Of a stretch of 64,000 bases of DNA, positions 38,870 to 50,823 are shown one piece after another. Position numbers and translations under genes: made by a program. Each line of letters starts with the position of its first letter. Position 1 is the stretch's first letter. The notes below the pieces were generated by a model. The model had not been told where the DNA came from. It made no database searches and worked only from the letters and a program-made list of their open reading frames with translations. Location: positions 33,542,001-33,606,000 of the forward strand of contig OZ024744.1 of the NCBI GenBank assembly GCA_964016885.1, in the 5' to 3' direction. The stretch is from Eledone cirrhosa. Its lineage: Eukaryota.

Positions 38870-41800
38870 ATGGAGACTAGAACGTCATGTGACAGACTCT
38901 CACCCAACAGGTGCCCCCTGGCTCAGCAGCAGGAACCTGACTGTCAACCAAATACTGCTGATGTTGGAGGAAGAAGAAGAAGGAAAGGGGCCAGAACCAA
39001 CTGGACGAAAGAATTGAATAGAACTGTTATGCAATGCTACCTGAAAAGTAACCCCAAGGAGAGGGGCTACAGGAGACGGATGCATAACATCTGGAACGAG
39101 ATTGGTTTATTTAAATTAGATGAACAAAAATTGGCCGGGCAGGCTCGGGTAATAAGAACTAATGGGTGGATAAGCGAGCTGGAACTGGAGGAACTGAGCA
39201 GAGAGAATGGCTTGGAGATGGCGGGTGTAGTATGCCAGACAAGCGAGCCGGCGGGAAATGAAGGTGAGGAGGTCCTGAGAACGGAGGAACCACCCGAAGC
39301 AGACAATGATCTGAATACTGAGATAAATAATACCTGGAACAGAGATACGGCCACTGAGGAGATGAATGCAGACGGGCTAGGACAAGATTCGGTTGACATC
39401 CTAAATTTAGTGGTAGATGAGTTGAACAATGATAGTGGGAGACCTATGAACCTAAGATTTGTAGACAGGAAAAAGTTAAAAGAAACAACAGCTAAGGTAA
39501 ACAAAGTCATCCCATACCTTGAGGCGAGGAGTCTTCACCAGTGCAACAATATCCTCAAAGCAACAGCAAATACGGTGAGGAAACTACTTGGTATAAAAGC
39601 GAGAGGAAACAACAGACAAGAAAGAGCAGAGCCGTGGTGGAAGAAGCGACTGAGTGGGCAAATCGGGGAAATGAGAAATGACATAGGAAAGCTTGAGTCA
39701 CTACTGAATGGGACACTAAAAAACATAGGCACTAAAAATAGACTGGAAATAAAATACAAAACTAGGAGTAAAAAGCTAAATATTATCATAGAGGAATTGA
39801 AGCAACGCATTGTAGCAAAGAGTGCCAAAATCAGGCGATACGAGAACAGAGTCAGTCAGTATAAACAGAACCGCATGTTCGACAACAACCAGAAGATGCT
39901 GTTTGGACAGCTTGAGGGGAAAGAAAGAGGCAACGACTTGATCCCTGGGGCGGAACAAGCTAAAACATTCTGGAGAGGAATATGGGAGCAGGATGTTAGA
40001 CACAATGCCCAGGCAGGGTGGATTGAGACAGTACAGAGGGAGATCGGTGAGCAGGCACAGCAACAGACTGATTTGAGTATCACAGTTGAAACTCTTAAGG
40101 GGCAAGCCAAAAAACTAACCAACTGGAAATCACCAGGCCCAGATGGTGTGCAGGGGTATTGGATTAAACATTTAACATCCCTCCACCTGAAGCTGATGGC
40201 CATGTTCAATGACTGCTTGGTGTCGGGTGAGGTGCCAGAGTGGTTGACAAAAGGTACCACAGTTCTGATAATGAAAGACCGAATCAAGGGTAATGATGTT
40301 ACCAACTATAGACCTATCACATGTCTGCCCGTAATGTGGAAACTGTTGACGAGCATTGTGTCTGAGGAAATCTACCATCACCTCCACACAAACAACTTGT
40401 TGCCGGACGAACAGAAAGGATGCCGAAAGAAGTCACGTGGTACAAAGGACCAGTTGCTTATTGATAAGATGGTAATGGGGAATTGCAGGAGGAGACACAC
40501 TGATCTTGCCATGGGATGGATAGACTACAGAAAGGCATTTGACATGGTGCCTCATTCCTGGATCACCAAAAGCCTGGAGATCTTCAGGGTGGCAGATAAC
40601 ATCAGACAGTTGCTGGGCAGGAGTATGGGGTCCTGGGAGACAGAGTTGACATCAACTGGAGTATCCTTGGGAAGCGTGAAGATCAAGAGAGGTATCTTCC
40701 AGGGAGATAGCCTGTCCCCTCTGTTGTTTGTCCTTGCCCTGATGCCCTTGACCATTATGCTGCGAAAAGTGAGAGCAGGATACAAGTTGGGAAGGGGAGA
40801 GCTTACCATCAATCACCTCCTCTTCATGGACGATCTTAAGCTCTTCGGGAAAAGTGAGAAGGAGTTGGATGTGCTTGTTGACACTGTCCGTATTTTCAGC
40901 AGTGATATATGTATGCAGTTTGGTATTGGTAAATGTGGAGTCATTGTGATGAGGAGGGGTAGGTTGAGCAGAAGTAACGGGATCCAGATACCAACAGGTG
41001 AGATGATAAAGGAAATTGACTCTGAGGAAGGATACAAGTATTTGGGCGTTCTGGAGGCTGATGGCATAAAGAACAAAAAAATGAAGGAATTGTTAAAAAC
41101 TGAATACATTCGGAGAGTAAGGAGCGTATTGAAGTCACATCTGAACAGCAGAAATGCCATAAGCGCAGTAAATTCCCGAGCTGTGTCTATTATTAGGTAC
41201 AGTGCGGGAATTCTGAGATGGAATGTTGCTGAACAAAAAGAAATGGATAGGAAGACTAGGAAGCTATTGACTATCTACAACATGTTCCACAAGAGGAGTG
41301 ATGTCGATAGACTCTACCTAAGGAGATCTGAGGGTGGAAGAGGTCTTATCAGCATAGAGGACTGTGTTCAGATGGAGAAAAACAACCTATACAAATACGT
41401 GACCTATAGTAAGGAGCCAATGCTCAGAGCTGTACTGAAGGAGGGGACAGTAGGCCAGGGGATATCCAAGGAGGAAATAACATCAAGGAGGAAGAGCAGC
41501 CTTAAGGGAAAATCCCTTCATAGTACCTTCTTTGAGAAAACTGAATTTAGAGATCCACAGACATGGAACTGGTTGAGAAGAGGAGACCTCAAAAAGGCTA
41601 CAGAAGGAATGCTAATGGCTGCGCAGGAGCAGGCCCTCAAAACGAAGTGGTTGAAGCACCATATCTACAAGGAGGAGGCTAGCCCACTGTGCAGGATCTG
41701 TGGAGAGAGAGAGGAGACTGTGGCTCACATTGTGTTCGAGTGTAAACACCTAGCCCAGACCCACTATAAGGGCTGGAGACACGATGTGATGGGCAGGGTG

Positions 41801-42262
41801 ATCCACTGGCACCTGTGCAAAGTAAACAATCTACCACATTCTGAGAAATGGTATGAGCATAGGCCAGAGGCGGTGATGGAGAACAGTCAGGTGAAGGTGC
41901 TGTGGGATTTTAGGATACAGACGGACAAAAAACTGGAACACAATAGACCTGACCTGGTGGTTGTGGACAAAGAAAAAAGATCGTGCCTGATTGTGGATGT
42001 GGCCTGCCCGTTCGACACGAGAGTGCAAGAGAAGGAGAGGGAGAAAATTAACCGATACCAGGACCTAAAGTGGGAGGTGAAAAGGATTTGGAACTGCCAT
42101 GAAGTCAAAGTGATCCCGATTGTCATAGGCGCACTGGGGACTATCTCCAAAGGTTTCCAGGGATGGTTAAAGAAAATCGGCCCCTTCACGCTTTTTGGAA
42201 CGCTTCAAAAGGCATGCTTGCTTGGAACGGCAAGAACCCTCCGATACGTCCTGAATATCTGA
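38870..42262 (+). CDS. 1130-aa RT + CCHC + restriction-like endonuclease protein (R4/Dong clade)
   Basis: Uninterrupted ORF with [67 protein letters not shown]...K..Y and PIVIGALG. Confidence 0.95.
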   Translation: METRTSCDRLSPNRCPLAQQQEPDCQPNTADVGGRRRRKGARTNWTKELNRTVMQCYLKSNPKERGYRRRMHNIWNEIGLFKLDEQKLAGQARVIRTNGWISELELEELSRENGLEMAGVVCQTSEPAGNEGEEVLRTEEPPEADNDLNTEINNTWNRDTATEEMNADGLGQDSVDILNLVVDELNNDSGRPMNLRFVDRKKLKETTAKVNKVIPYLEARSLHQCNNILKATANTVRKLLGIKARGNNRQERAEPWWKKRLSGQIGEMRNDIGKLESLLNGTLKNIGTKNRLEIKYKTRSKKLNIIIEELKQRIVAKSAKIRRYENRVSQYKQNRMFDNNQKMLFGQLEGKERGNDLIPGAEQAKTFWRGIWEQDVRHNAQAGWIETVQREIGEQAQQQTDLSITVETLKGQAKKLTNWKSPGPDGVQGYWIKHLTSLHLKLMAMFNDCLVSGEVPEWLTKGTTVLIMKDRIKGNDVTNYRPITCLPVMWKLLTSIVSEEIYHHLHTNNLLPDEQKGCRKKSRGTKDQLLIDKMVMGNCRRRHTDLAMGWIDYRKAFDMVPHSWITKSLEIFRVADNIRQLLGRSMGSWETELTSTGVSLGSVKIKRGIFQGDSLSPLLFVLALMPLTIMLRKVRAGYKLGRGELTINHLLFMDDLKLFGKSEKELDVLVDTVRIFSSDICMQFGIGKCGVIVMRRGRLSRSNGIQIPTGEMIKEIDSEEGYKYLGVLEADGIKNKKMKELLKTEYIRRVRSVLKSHLNSRNAISAVNSRAVSIIRYSAGILRWNVAEQKEMDRKTRKLLTIYNMFHKRSDVDRLYLRRSEGGRGLISIEDCVQMEKNNLYKYVTYSKEPMLRAVLKEGTVGQGISKEEITSRRKSSLKGKSLHSTFFEKTEFRDPQTWNWLRRGDLKKATEGMLMAAQEQALKTKWLKHHIYKEEASPLCRICGEREETVAHIVFECKHLAQTHYKGWRHDVMGRVIHWHLCKVNNLPHSEKWYEHRPEAVMENSQVKVLWDFRIQTDKKLEHNRPDLVVVDKEKRSCLIVDVACPFDTRVQEKEREKINRYQDLKWEVKRIWNCHEVKVIPIVIGALGTISKGFQGWLKKIGPFTLFGTLQKACLLGTARTLRYVLNI

Positions 42263-42618
42263 GGCTGCAGGTAGTGGCTTGATATTCAATCCAACGGACT
42301 TTCCAGTTAACCAACATCAATGACTGAGATTCAAGGAATAACAATAACAATAATAATAATAATAATAATGATTTCTTTATTAACCAGAAGGGTTTACATA
42401 AAGTAGACATTAAGGACAGTACAGGACAATGCAGGACGGTACAAATGGGCTTTTCTGCGTGTAAAAAACAAAAACAGAGGATGTAACAAAAAATACAAAT
42501 GAAAAATTCCCCAATAGGAGGAGACTTCGGAGGGACATTTGTGGAGAAAGCCCAGTAAAAAGCCACAATGACCCTGACCACCAATGCAAGTGCCCTCTCC
42601 CAGTTTTCCACCTTTAAT

Positions 42619-45600
42619 TTACAGATATATACTCAGAGTAGGCCCATTCACTCGGGCCATTCTTGCTTCTCTCACCCATCTTTCAACAAAATGCTGGGAA
42701 GAGAGCACTTCCCTCTCTACTCTGATTTTCCTTTTCAAATGAAATTTGAAAAAGTCAATCAGAGCATCACCGAAGAGGTAAGTGCTCGTCTTCAGCCCTT
42801 TCAAACGTGTCCACCATACTATCTCTTTCGCCATGGCCACCAGACAGATAAAAACTGCCTGCCCTTCCCGGCTAAAGGAGGAGGGCGGGGCAATCCTCAC
42901 GATGGACTCAGATGATAGCCGGATCCGTCCTAAACGCGACAGCAGGTGTTCGACATAAACCCACAAGTCAGCAATTTTCGGACACTGGACGAGTGCGTGC
43001 AGGACGGTTTCGTCGCCCTGTGCGCATCTCGGACATGCCCGGCTGACGGCACCTCCATGCCTGTAGAGTTTATCCCGAACTGGCAAGGCTCCTCGGTAGC
43101 ACTGCCAGGCCAGAGATTTCTGGAAGTTGTCCATAGGCCCCGGCCCGAAAGTTCTTCCGAAGAGATTGGCTAGTTGATTTTCGTCGACGCCTAGAGTTTC
43201 CCCAAGTACGTCGTCGCTCTTCCCCTCCACTAATCCTCTATAGAACGCCGAGGTGGAGTTTCCACCGATCACATTGCCCGATTGGTCGAGGGCTGTGAGC
43301 ACCTGAAGACATTCCAGTCTCCAGGCGCTCCCTCTCGGTCTTCGCTTGTCCCAGGACTGCAGCTCCGTCAAGGAAACGAGCTGGGGAAATACGTGTCTAG
43401 TAAACGGCGACCACACCTGATCACCGTCGAGGAAGAGGTGGAGATGTCGTAGCCTGAGCGCGTGCCTGCGCATCATCAGCCACGGCATGCCCAGCCCTCC
43501 ACGTAGCGGGTGTTGACAACAGATGGACCGCCTGACCATCGGAGCGCGTCCCTTCCACAAAAAGCGAAAGAGCAAACGCTCCAGCGCAGTCAGGCGAGGC
43601 TTAGGACAAGGTACGACGGTCAGGCGGTAGCAGATGACCCCCGCTCGACCTTTCAGGGATAGCTTCCTCTCCGCCCATTTCTGGGTGAGAGAAGCCACCC
43701 TGCTCGTCACCTCTTTCCCAGTTTTTGTCCGTCTGGAGGTCCGGACCGAACCAGACCCCTAGCAATTTAACCGGTCCGTCCGTCCAGCGCCCGACGACGC
43801 TGTTGGACGGCATGGACCTGCCTCTCCAGGGGCCGAGCTGCAGGCCCACTGACTTTTCCTGGTTGATCATTGCTCCTGTCACCGCTTCGTATTCTCTTAG
43901 TGTAGTGCCGATCGCCTCGATGTGTTTGGCGTTCGACACCACTACGGTGACATCGTCCGCATACGCTGACACGGATCTTCCGCATCCTAGTTCGCGCGGG
44001 ACTCCCCTCAACGTCTCCAGTTTGTGCAGTAATGGCTCGAGAGTCAATACGAACAAGAGGGACGAGAGGGGACATCATTGGCGGACCGAGCGCATGATGT
44101 TGAACGGTTCCGACAGGTGACCGTTCACTCTCACCACAGAGCAGATGTCGCTGTGCATGGCAGCGATCCAGCCTCTGAAGACGGGCCCAAAGCCAGCCGC
44201 CCTCAGGACTGCCGCTAGGTAACGATGGTCGACCCTATCGAAAGCTTTCGACTGATCTAAATTGATCAAGGACCCACCCGTGCCAGGTTCCTTAGCTACC
44301 CTCTCTATGACGTATTGCATGAGGTGGAGGTTGTCGTGGATGGATCTGTCGGGAATGGCGCATGTCTGCGCCTCTCCCACCAGACCACCAACGACAAGCG
44401 CCAACCTCTTTGCTAGCACCTTGGCCAAAATCTTGAACTCTGTGTTTAGCAGAGTTATGGGCCGGAAATTATCTATGTTATCCCCCTTGTTCGGATCCTT
44501 TCTCAGCAGTGCCACAGCTCCTCGGCTCACAGAACTGGGAATTCTCCCGTTCTGTTGCCAGTTGCAGTAGACGTCCGCCAAGAGGCCTCCGAACAAGTCT
44601 GGCATCTGTACGTCAAGTTCATAGGGCAGACCATCCAAACCAGGCGATTTACCCCTTGTGCAGCCAGTCATTGCCTCCCTTACTTCAGCGGCTGTTATAG
44701 GCTTTTCGCAACACTTCGCCTCAGTGGCCGAGAGCCGCGGCAGTCCGTCGAGGTAGACACTAAAGTCCATCCCTCGACCCGGTCCACCGCTGCCCCCGAA
44801 CAGCTGAGCTAAGTGTCGCTGAAAAGCTTCACACATTTGCCCGGGATCGAGTAGCATGCGCCCGTCGTGGTCGACCAAAGACCGGATCGTGGCTTTGTTG
44901 CCACGATGCGCCTCCGCCACTCGGGCCCATTGAACGGCTTTCGTCCCCTCGTGTCTGAGAGCACGCACCCTTGCTCTGACAACGCAGCCTTCGTGCTTTG
45001 CATTGAAGAATTGGTCAAGGGCCAATTTCGCCGCAAGCACGTCGGTCGCAATGCCTTTGCTAAGCGCCTCGTCTAATTTTCTAACTAGTTCTCCCTCTGC
45101 TCTATTTTTCTCTATTGCTAAAGCCTTACTAAACCTAATGGATTCTATTCTAATCGCTCTTTTCAGAGCAAACCACCACTTGTTGTTGACTATGGCCTCC
45201 GTCAACGCCCGCTTAACTAGTTCGCTAATCCGGTATCAGTAGGCCTTGCGCGCTGGTAAGGACGCGTTTAGCTTCCAGTAGCCGGGTCCTCGTCTATGAA
45301 GCCTATCTAAGTCAAGCACACAGATCACGAATTTGTGGTCCGTGTAGCTGACTATCTTGAATTGTGGATAGCCTATGCTAGACCTATCTATTTCCCTACA
45401 AAATACTCTATCTAGATATGATCTGGATGACCCTATGCGATTTGTCCAAGTCCACATTGGCGCATTCGGGAAATCGATCGCTACCTGTCAGACAGTTCAA
45501 AACGCCTGAGCAGGTTGGTGAGGCTCTTTCACCCTCCACCCCTATCCGCTAATCCCACACAGTCCCAGCGTGCATCTAAGATCCCGTTCCAGTCGCCCAC

Positions 45601-46013
45601 TAACACTAAAGAGCGGGACGTTCCAAGAAAGGTCTCCAGACGCCGGAAGAAATCAGGCCGCCCTGCTCCTATCGGGGCATAGACAGCCACTAGCCTGAAA
45701 GCTTGCCCGTCTCCGCTGGTCACATCCAGCACCACCAGCTTACCTCTGGGTCCAGGAAGATGGCTCGTATGGCGAGATCCAAACCTCTCCGAAAAAGCAC
45801 AGCAACTCCTCCCCCCGATCCCGGACGGCTGGTAGATGCGTACACATCGTAGCCGCCGAAGATCGGTGCGAAGGCCCGTGCTTCGGAGATTCTGGTCTCG
45901 CTGATTGCCACTACATCTATGTTTAGTGACCTGAGGTCGTTGAGCAGGTGACCCTGCTTCCATGACGACCCCAAGCCACGCGCATTTATGCTGCCTATTC
46001 TGAGTGAGGTCAT
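42619..46013 (-). pseudogene. Tx1/L1 ORF2, frameshifted
   Basis: Same APE/RT/CCHC motifs as copy 1, in several fragments. Confidence 0.9.
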
Positions 46014-46048
46014 GTTTAAAATAGAGTGGAAAAGATGGGAAAGACCAC

Positions 46049-48124
46049 TTACCGTACTTTTGGTAGAGGAGGGATGGTTTTTACATGCCTTTTCACTTGA
46101 TCGTCTGGTGAAGGGACCGTTGAATCGTCCCTTCGGCTGATCGTCGGCTCTTCTAAGAGAATGTCTGAATATACTCTTCGATTGATAGTTCCTCCTAGGT
46201 CCCTGAAATCACCAACTGCGTTGGGGAATTTCGTTTTAATGTTTGTGTATTGTTTCTGTGCTATTTTTAGCAGTCTTATGTTAGTTGGTGTTTTGATTGG
46301 TGCTGCTATTATGTAGTCGTGTTGTGAAATGTCTGTGTGTTCAATTATGTAAGTCATTAGTTTCTTGTTGTGAGTATTTATTGCCGTGCATTTGTTTTTC
46401 TGGGGGTGGGGTGTGGTTCTGCTATTTTCTTGTCGTTGTTGCTGGGTGTGTGTGTTTTGTTGTTGTGTTTGCGATGTTGGTGCTTGTGGTGGTGGTGTTG
46501 AAGGTGTTGTTGGCGGTGGGGTTGTCGCCGGTGGTGATGGTGGTGCTAGTGTGGGTGGTGATGGTGTTAGTGGTGTTGCTGCTGTGGGTCTCTTTGCAGT
46601 AGACTTTACCCTTTTCTCATTTCTTTCCTCCCTTTTCGAAGGCGACGATGCGCTGCTTCTGCGTTTGTGCCTTCTTACGACCTTTTGCCATCTCTCTCCC
46701 ACCTCACACTCCATGTCTGATTCTGTGAGGTCGGGGAGGGGTACCAGCTCCACTCTTTCACTTGTATTTGTTGGTGATGTTTGCACTGGAGTCTCTGTTG
46801 CAGCTGCATTAGGTATTGTTGTTGTTATTGTTAATATTTCCACTTCTGCTGCTGTTTTTGATTTCCGTGGCGTGGGTATGGGTGCCACGGACCTATCGTT
46901 CCTGGTTGCCGCTTGTCCTGTTGCTGGTAGCCGTGGAGCCGGTTTCGGAAGGAGGGGTGGTTTCTCCTTTCTCAGGGTCTTCTCGTTGTGGATCGAAGGT
47001 GAGTCTTCGATCCACAGCGAGAGCATTTCGGGCGTTTTCCCTCAACACTTATGGGCAGTTGAGTGCCGTTATCGAAGTCTATCACATCCGGGATAGCTTC
47101 GATGCACTCCTGGTTGGTTTGGATTAGCATCTCAATGGAGGTGCCGACCCAATCTTCTCTTACTTTTTTCTGTACTTGCATTACAGTTGTTTTGTCCTCG
47201 ATTCCGACGAGGACAGACGCGGCCAGCCAAGAAGGGGCCATCCCGGGGGGGGGGGACGTGGGTCAGTTTGACCCTCACAATTTTTTGCCCGCAGTAGGAG
47301 GGCACCAACACCATTTCCTCGCTCCTTAGGGTCACTACGGATTGGGCCTTTGCCTCCTGGGGTGTGGCAAAAAGTACGTCTACGGTGGCATATTTCTTTC
47401 CTCGGGTGATGTGCGTTTTCCGCTGCCACACAGACCTCAAGGCTTTTTGTATTTGAGCCTCTGTGGCTCTTTCCACCCTACGGGATTTTGTACTTACTGT
47501 ACGGTACGTGACCGTACAGTGCTCTTGGGTTTCGAAAAATGTTTCCGCTGCCTTGCAGATTGCTCGGTGTCCAGTCTTTGTCACCATCTTCTTCGCTTCC
47601 TCTAATTCCTCATTTGTTATGAGGATTGTTTCCAAGTTTTTCGCAATACCTGCAAATGAGATTGGTTTTTCTTTGCTGCTGTTGTTGTTGTCGTCAGAGC
47701 TGCTGTTACTTTTGTTGTTGCTGCAGGTACTACGACTACTGCCTCCGCCGCTGTTGCTGTGGTTGTTGTTGGTGTTGCTGCTGCTGCTAATGCTGTTGTT
47801 GTTTATGCTGCTGTTGATGCTGTTGCGGCTGCTACTGTTGTTTTCATTGTCACTGTTGCTGTTGTTATTACGGCTGCTACTGCTATTATTCCTGACGTCA
47901 GACGAATGAACTGGGTTTTCGTATTTCCCGCACACCTGTTTCGTCGTTGTCGTCGTCGTCGTGGAGAAACCTTGCACGCTTTGCACGAGACTTTTCTTTT
48001 CTTTCGTCGTTTGCGAAAGAGAAGGGAGGGAGAGAGACAATCTTCTCTCTGCTGTAGTGACGATTGAGGAAGAAGAAGACGGAATGAGTGGGAGTGACCT
48101 ATGCAAATTCTTTTTCGTAGCCAT
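46049..48124 (-). pseudogene. Tx1/L1 ORF1, two frameshifts
   Basis: MATKKN... with a Ser/Asn-rich tract, RGKKYATVDVLF, RPKCSRCGSKTHL and a Pro-rich linker. Confidence 0.75.
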
Positions 48125-48338
48125 GTTGTTTTTTTTTGTTTAAAATAAATATTGGGTACAAAACCCCAATAAGCAGTTATTTAACCCCGAAGGGCCAAAT
48201 AATGGGCAGAAAGACCCCTCTCACGAGGAGGGTGTTTTTGTCTACAAGTTGGTCTAAGTTTTAAACAATTTACAATTGTTATAGCGTTCAAAATTTACAG
48301 TACCTTACAGAGCCGAGCCTCCGTCAACCATAGCATTC

Positions 48339-48376
<38 letters not shown>

Positions 48377-48379
<3 letters not shown>

Positions 48380-49872
48380 CTTACAAATATCTAGGTGTTT
48401 GTGAAGGAGACGGAATCAAGCACTCGACAATGAGGGAAAGGATAAGGAAGGAATGTTACCGCAGAGTAAGAGCAATCTTAAGAACGGAATTGAATGCAAG
48501 GAATAGGATCGATGCCATAAACACGCTTGCCATACCAGTAGTAACCTACAGTTACAATGTCATCAACTGGTCAAGCACAGAGATCCGTAGGCTCGATACA
48601 AAAATTAGAAAATTCTTAACCATGCACAGAATGCATCACCCTAAGGCAGATATAGATAGAATATATCTCCCTAGGAAAGAAGGAGGACGTGGGTTAATCC
48701 AGTTAGACATTGCGTTGAAAACTGCAACAATTGGATTATCTACATATCTAAGGGAATCACATGATTGGATGATCAAACTCGTTTTGAAACACGAAAGCAT
48801 AAAAAGATCATATTCCATTACAAAAGATGCACAAAGATACAGTAATGGACTACAAATTTCAGAAGTCCCATTTACTGCTGAAATGGAAAACACAGAAAAA
48901 ACAAAGCAGGTAAAAGTAACTGCAAAGAAAGAACTGCTACAGAAACTGGCTAAGAAATGGCAAGAAAAGCCTCTGTATGGAAAATACCCAGAGCGAGCTA
49001 ACAATCCTGATGTTGACAAAACTTTAACCCATCAGTGGTTGGCATCCTCTGGACTGAAATCGGAGACTGAAGGACTGATTATATCGGCACAAGATCAGTG
49101 TCTGCCAACAAAAAATTACCAAGCCAACATAATAAAAAATGGGTGCAGCCCATTATGCCGTGTATGCAAAAAACAACCAGAGACCATTGACCATATAATT
49201 TCAATGTGCAGTCCTATAGCTCCAACCGAATATCTAAACAGGCATGACAGAGCTGCACAATACATACATTGGATAATGTGTAAGCATTTTGACCTGCCCC
49301 ATCAAAAGAATTGGTGGGAGCATCAACCACCTCCCATACTTGAAAAAGATCACATCTCAATCTTGTGGAACTTTAGCATCCAAACAGACCGAAAAATAGA
49401 TGCAAATAGACCTGATATAATATTGAAGGACTTTCAAAAGAGGGTATCCCTGCTAATTGATATGTCTGTTCCAATAGACAAGAATGTATCTATAAAAACA
49501 TTTGAAAAGTTGAGCAAGTATAAGGACCTGGAGATAGAAATTGGAAAAATGTGGAAATTGAGAACTAAAACAATACCAGTGGTTGTAGGCGCTCTGGGAA
49601 TGATACCTAAGGGGTCTAACGATTACTTATCGCAAATCCCAGGAAACCCGCGTATAGGAGAAATACAAAAGATAGTACTAATGGGAACTGCCCATATACT
49701 AAGGAAGATTCTGTCAATATAAGTACAAGTACATCACAAGTCTAAACACTAAAGATGCATGTGTGAATATGTATGTTCTTTCTTGAACATGGCGGACCTT
49801 GTTGTCTCTTGAGGTCACTGGTTGTGACTTGGTGATAACTCCTATGAACATAAAGCAAGATAAATGCAACTG
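48377..49872 (+). mobile_element. 5'-truncated R4/Dong-clade RLE element, family D
   Basis: ORF 48430-49722 has YLPRKEGGRGL, CRVCKKQPETIDHIISMC, RHD, ANRPDI and KYKDL. It ends AAATGCAACTG then (TAA)n. Confidence 0.9.
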
Positions 49873-49892
49873 TAATAATAATAATAATAATA

Positions 49893-50410
49893 AGATCACA
49901 TCTCAATCTTGTGGAACTTTAGCATCCAAACAGACCGAAAAATAGATGCAAATAGACCTGATATAATATTGAAGGACTTTAAAAAGAGGGTATGCCTGCT
50001 AATTGATATGTCCGTTCCAATAGATAAGAATGTGTTTATAAAAAACATTTGAAAAATTGAGCAAGTATAAGGACCTGGAGATAGAAATTGGAAAAATGTG
50101 GAAATTGAGAACTAAAACAATACCAGAGGTTGTAGACGCTCTAGGAATGATACCTAGGGGGTCTAATGATTACTTATCGCAAATCCCAGGAAACCCGCTT
50201 ATAGGAGAAATACAAAAGATAGTACTAATGGGAACTGCCCATATACTAAGGAAGATTCTGTCAATATAAGTACATCACAAGTCTAAACATAAAATGCATG
50301 TGTGAGTATGTATGTTCTTTCTTGAACATGGCGGACCTTGTTGTCTCTTGAGGTCACTGGTTGTGACTTGGTGATGACTCCTATGAACATAAAGCAAGAT
50401 AAATGCAACT

Positions 50411-50411
<1 letters not shown>
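49893..50411 (+). mobile_element. Short 3' copy of RLE family D
   Basis: Matches 49347-49872, between (TAA)n tracts. Confidence 0.9.
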
Positions 50412-50466
<55 letters not shown>

Positions 50467-50467
<1 letters not shown>

Positions 50468-50775
50468 GAGAAGGAGAGGGAGAAAATTAACCGATACCAG
50501 GACCTAAAGTGGGAGGTGAAAAGGATTTGGAACTGCCATGAAGTCAAAGTGATCCCGATTGTCATAGGCGCACTGGGGACTATCTCCAAAGGTTTCCAGG
50601 GATGGTTAAAGAAAATCGGCCCCTTCACGCTTTTTGGAACGCTTCAAAAGGCATGCTTGCTTGGAACGGCAAGAACCCTCCGATACGTCCTGAATATCTG
50701 AGGCTGCAGGTAGTGGCTTGATATTCAATCCAACGGACTTTCCAGTTAACCAACATCAATGACTGAGATTCAAGG
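50467..50775 (+). mobile_element. Short 3' copy of RLE family A
   Basis: Matches 42029-42336. Confidence 0.9.
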
Positions 50776-50787
50776 AATAACAATAAC

Positions 50788-50822
<35 letters not shown>

Positions 50823-50823
<1 letters not shown>

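Larger units (their letters stand above)
37613..42336 (+). mobile_element. R4/Dong-clade RLE non-LTR retrotransposon, family A, apparently intact
   Basis: Long 5' region shared in part with 60400-61290, a single ORF, a 75-bp 3' UTR and (TAA)n flanks. Confidence 0.88.
42370..48338 (-). mobile_element. Full-length L1/Tx1-type element, copy 2 (disrupted; different 5' UTR/ORF1)
   Basis: ORF2 42619-46013 is highly similar to copy 1; ORF1 spans 46049-48124. (TAA)n on both sides. Confidence 0.9.
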
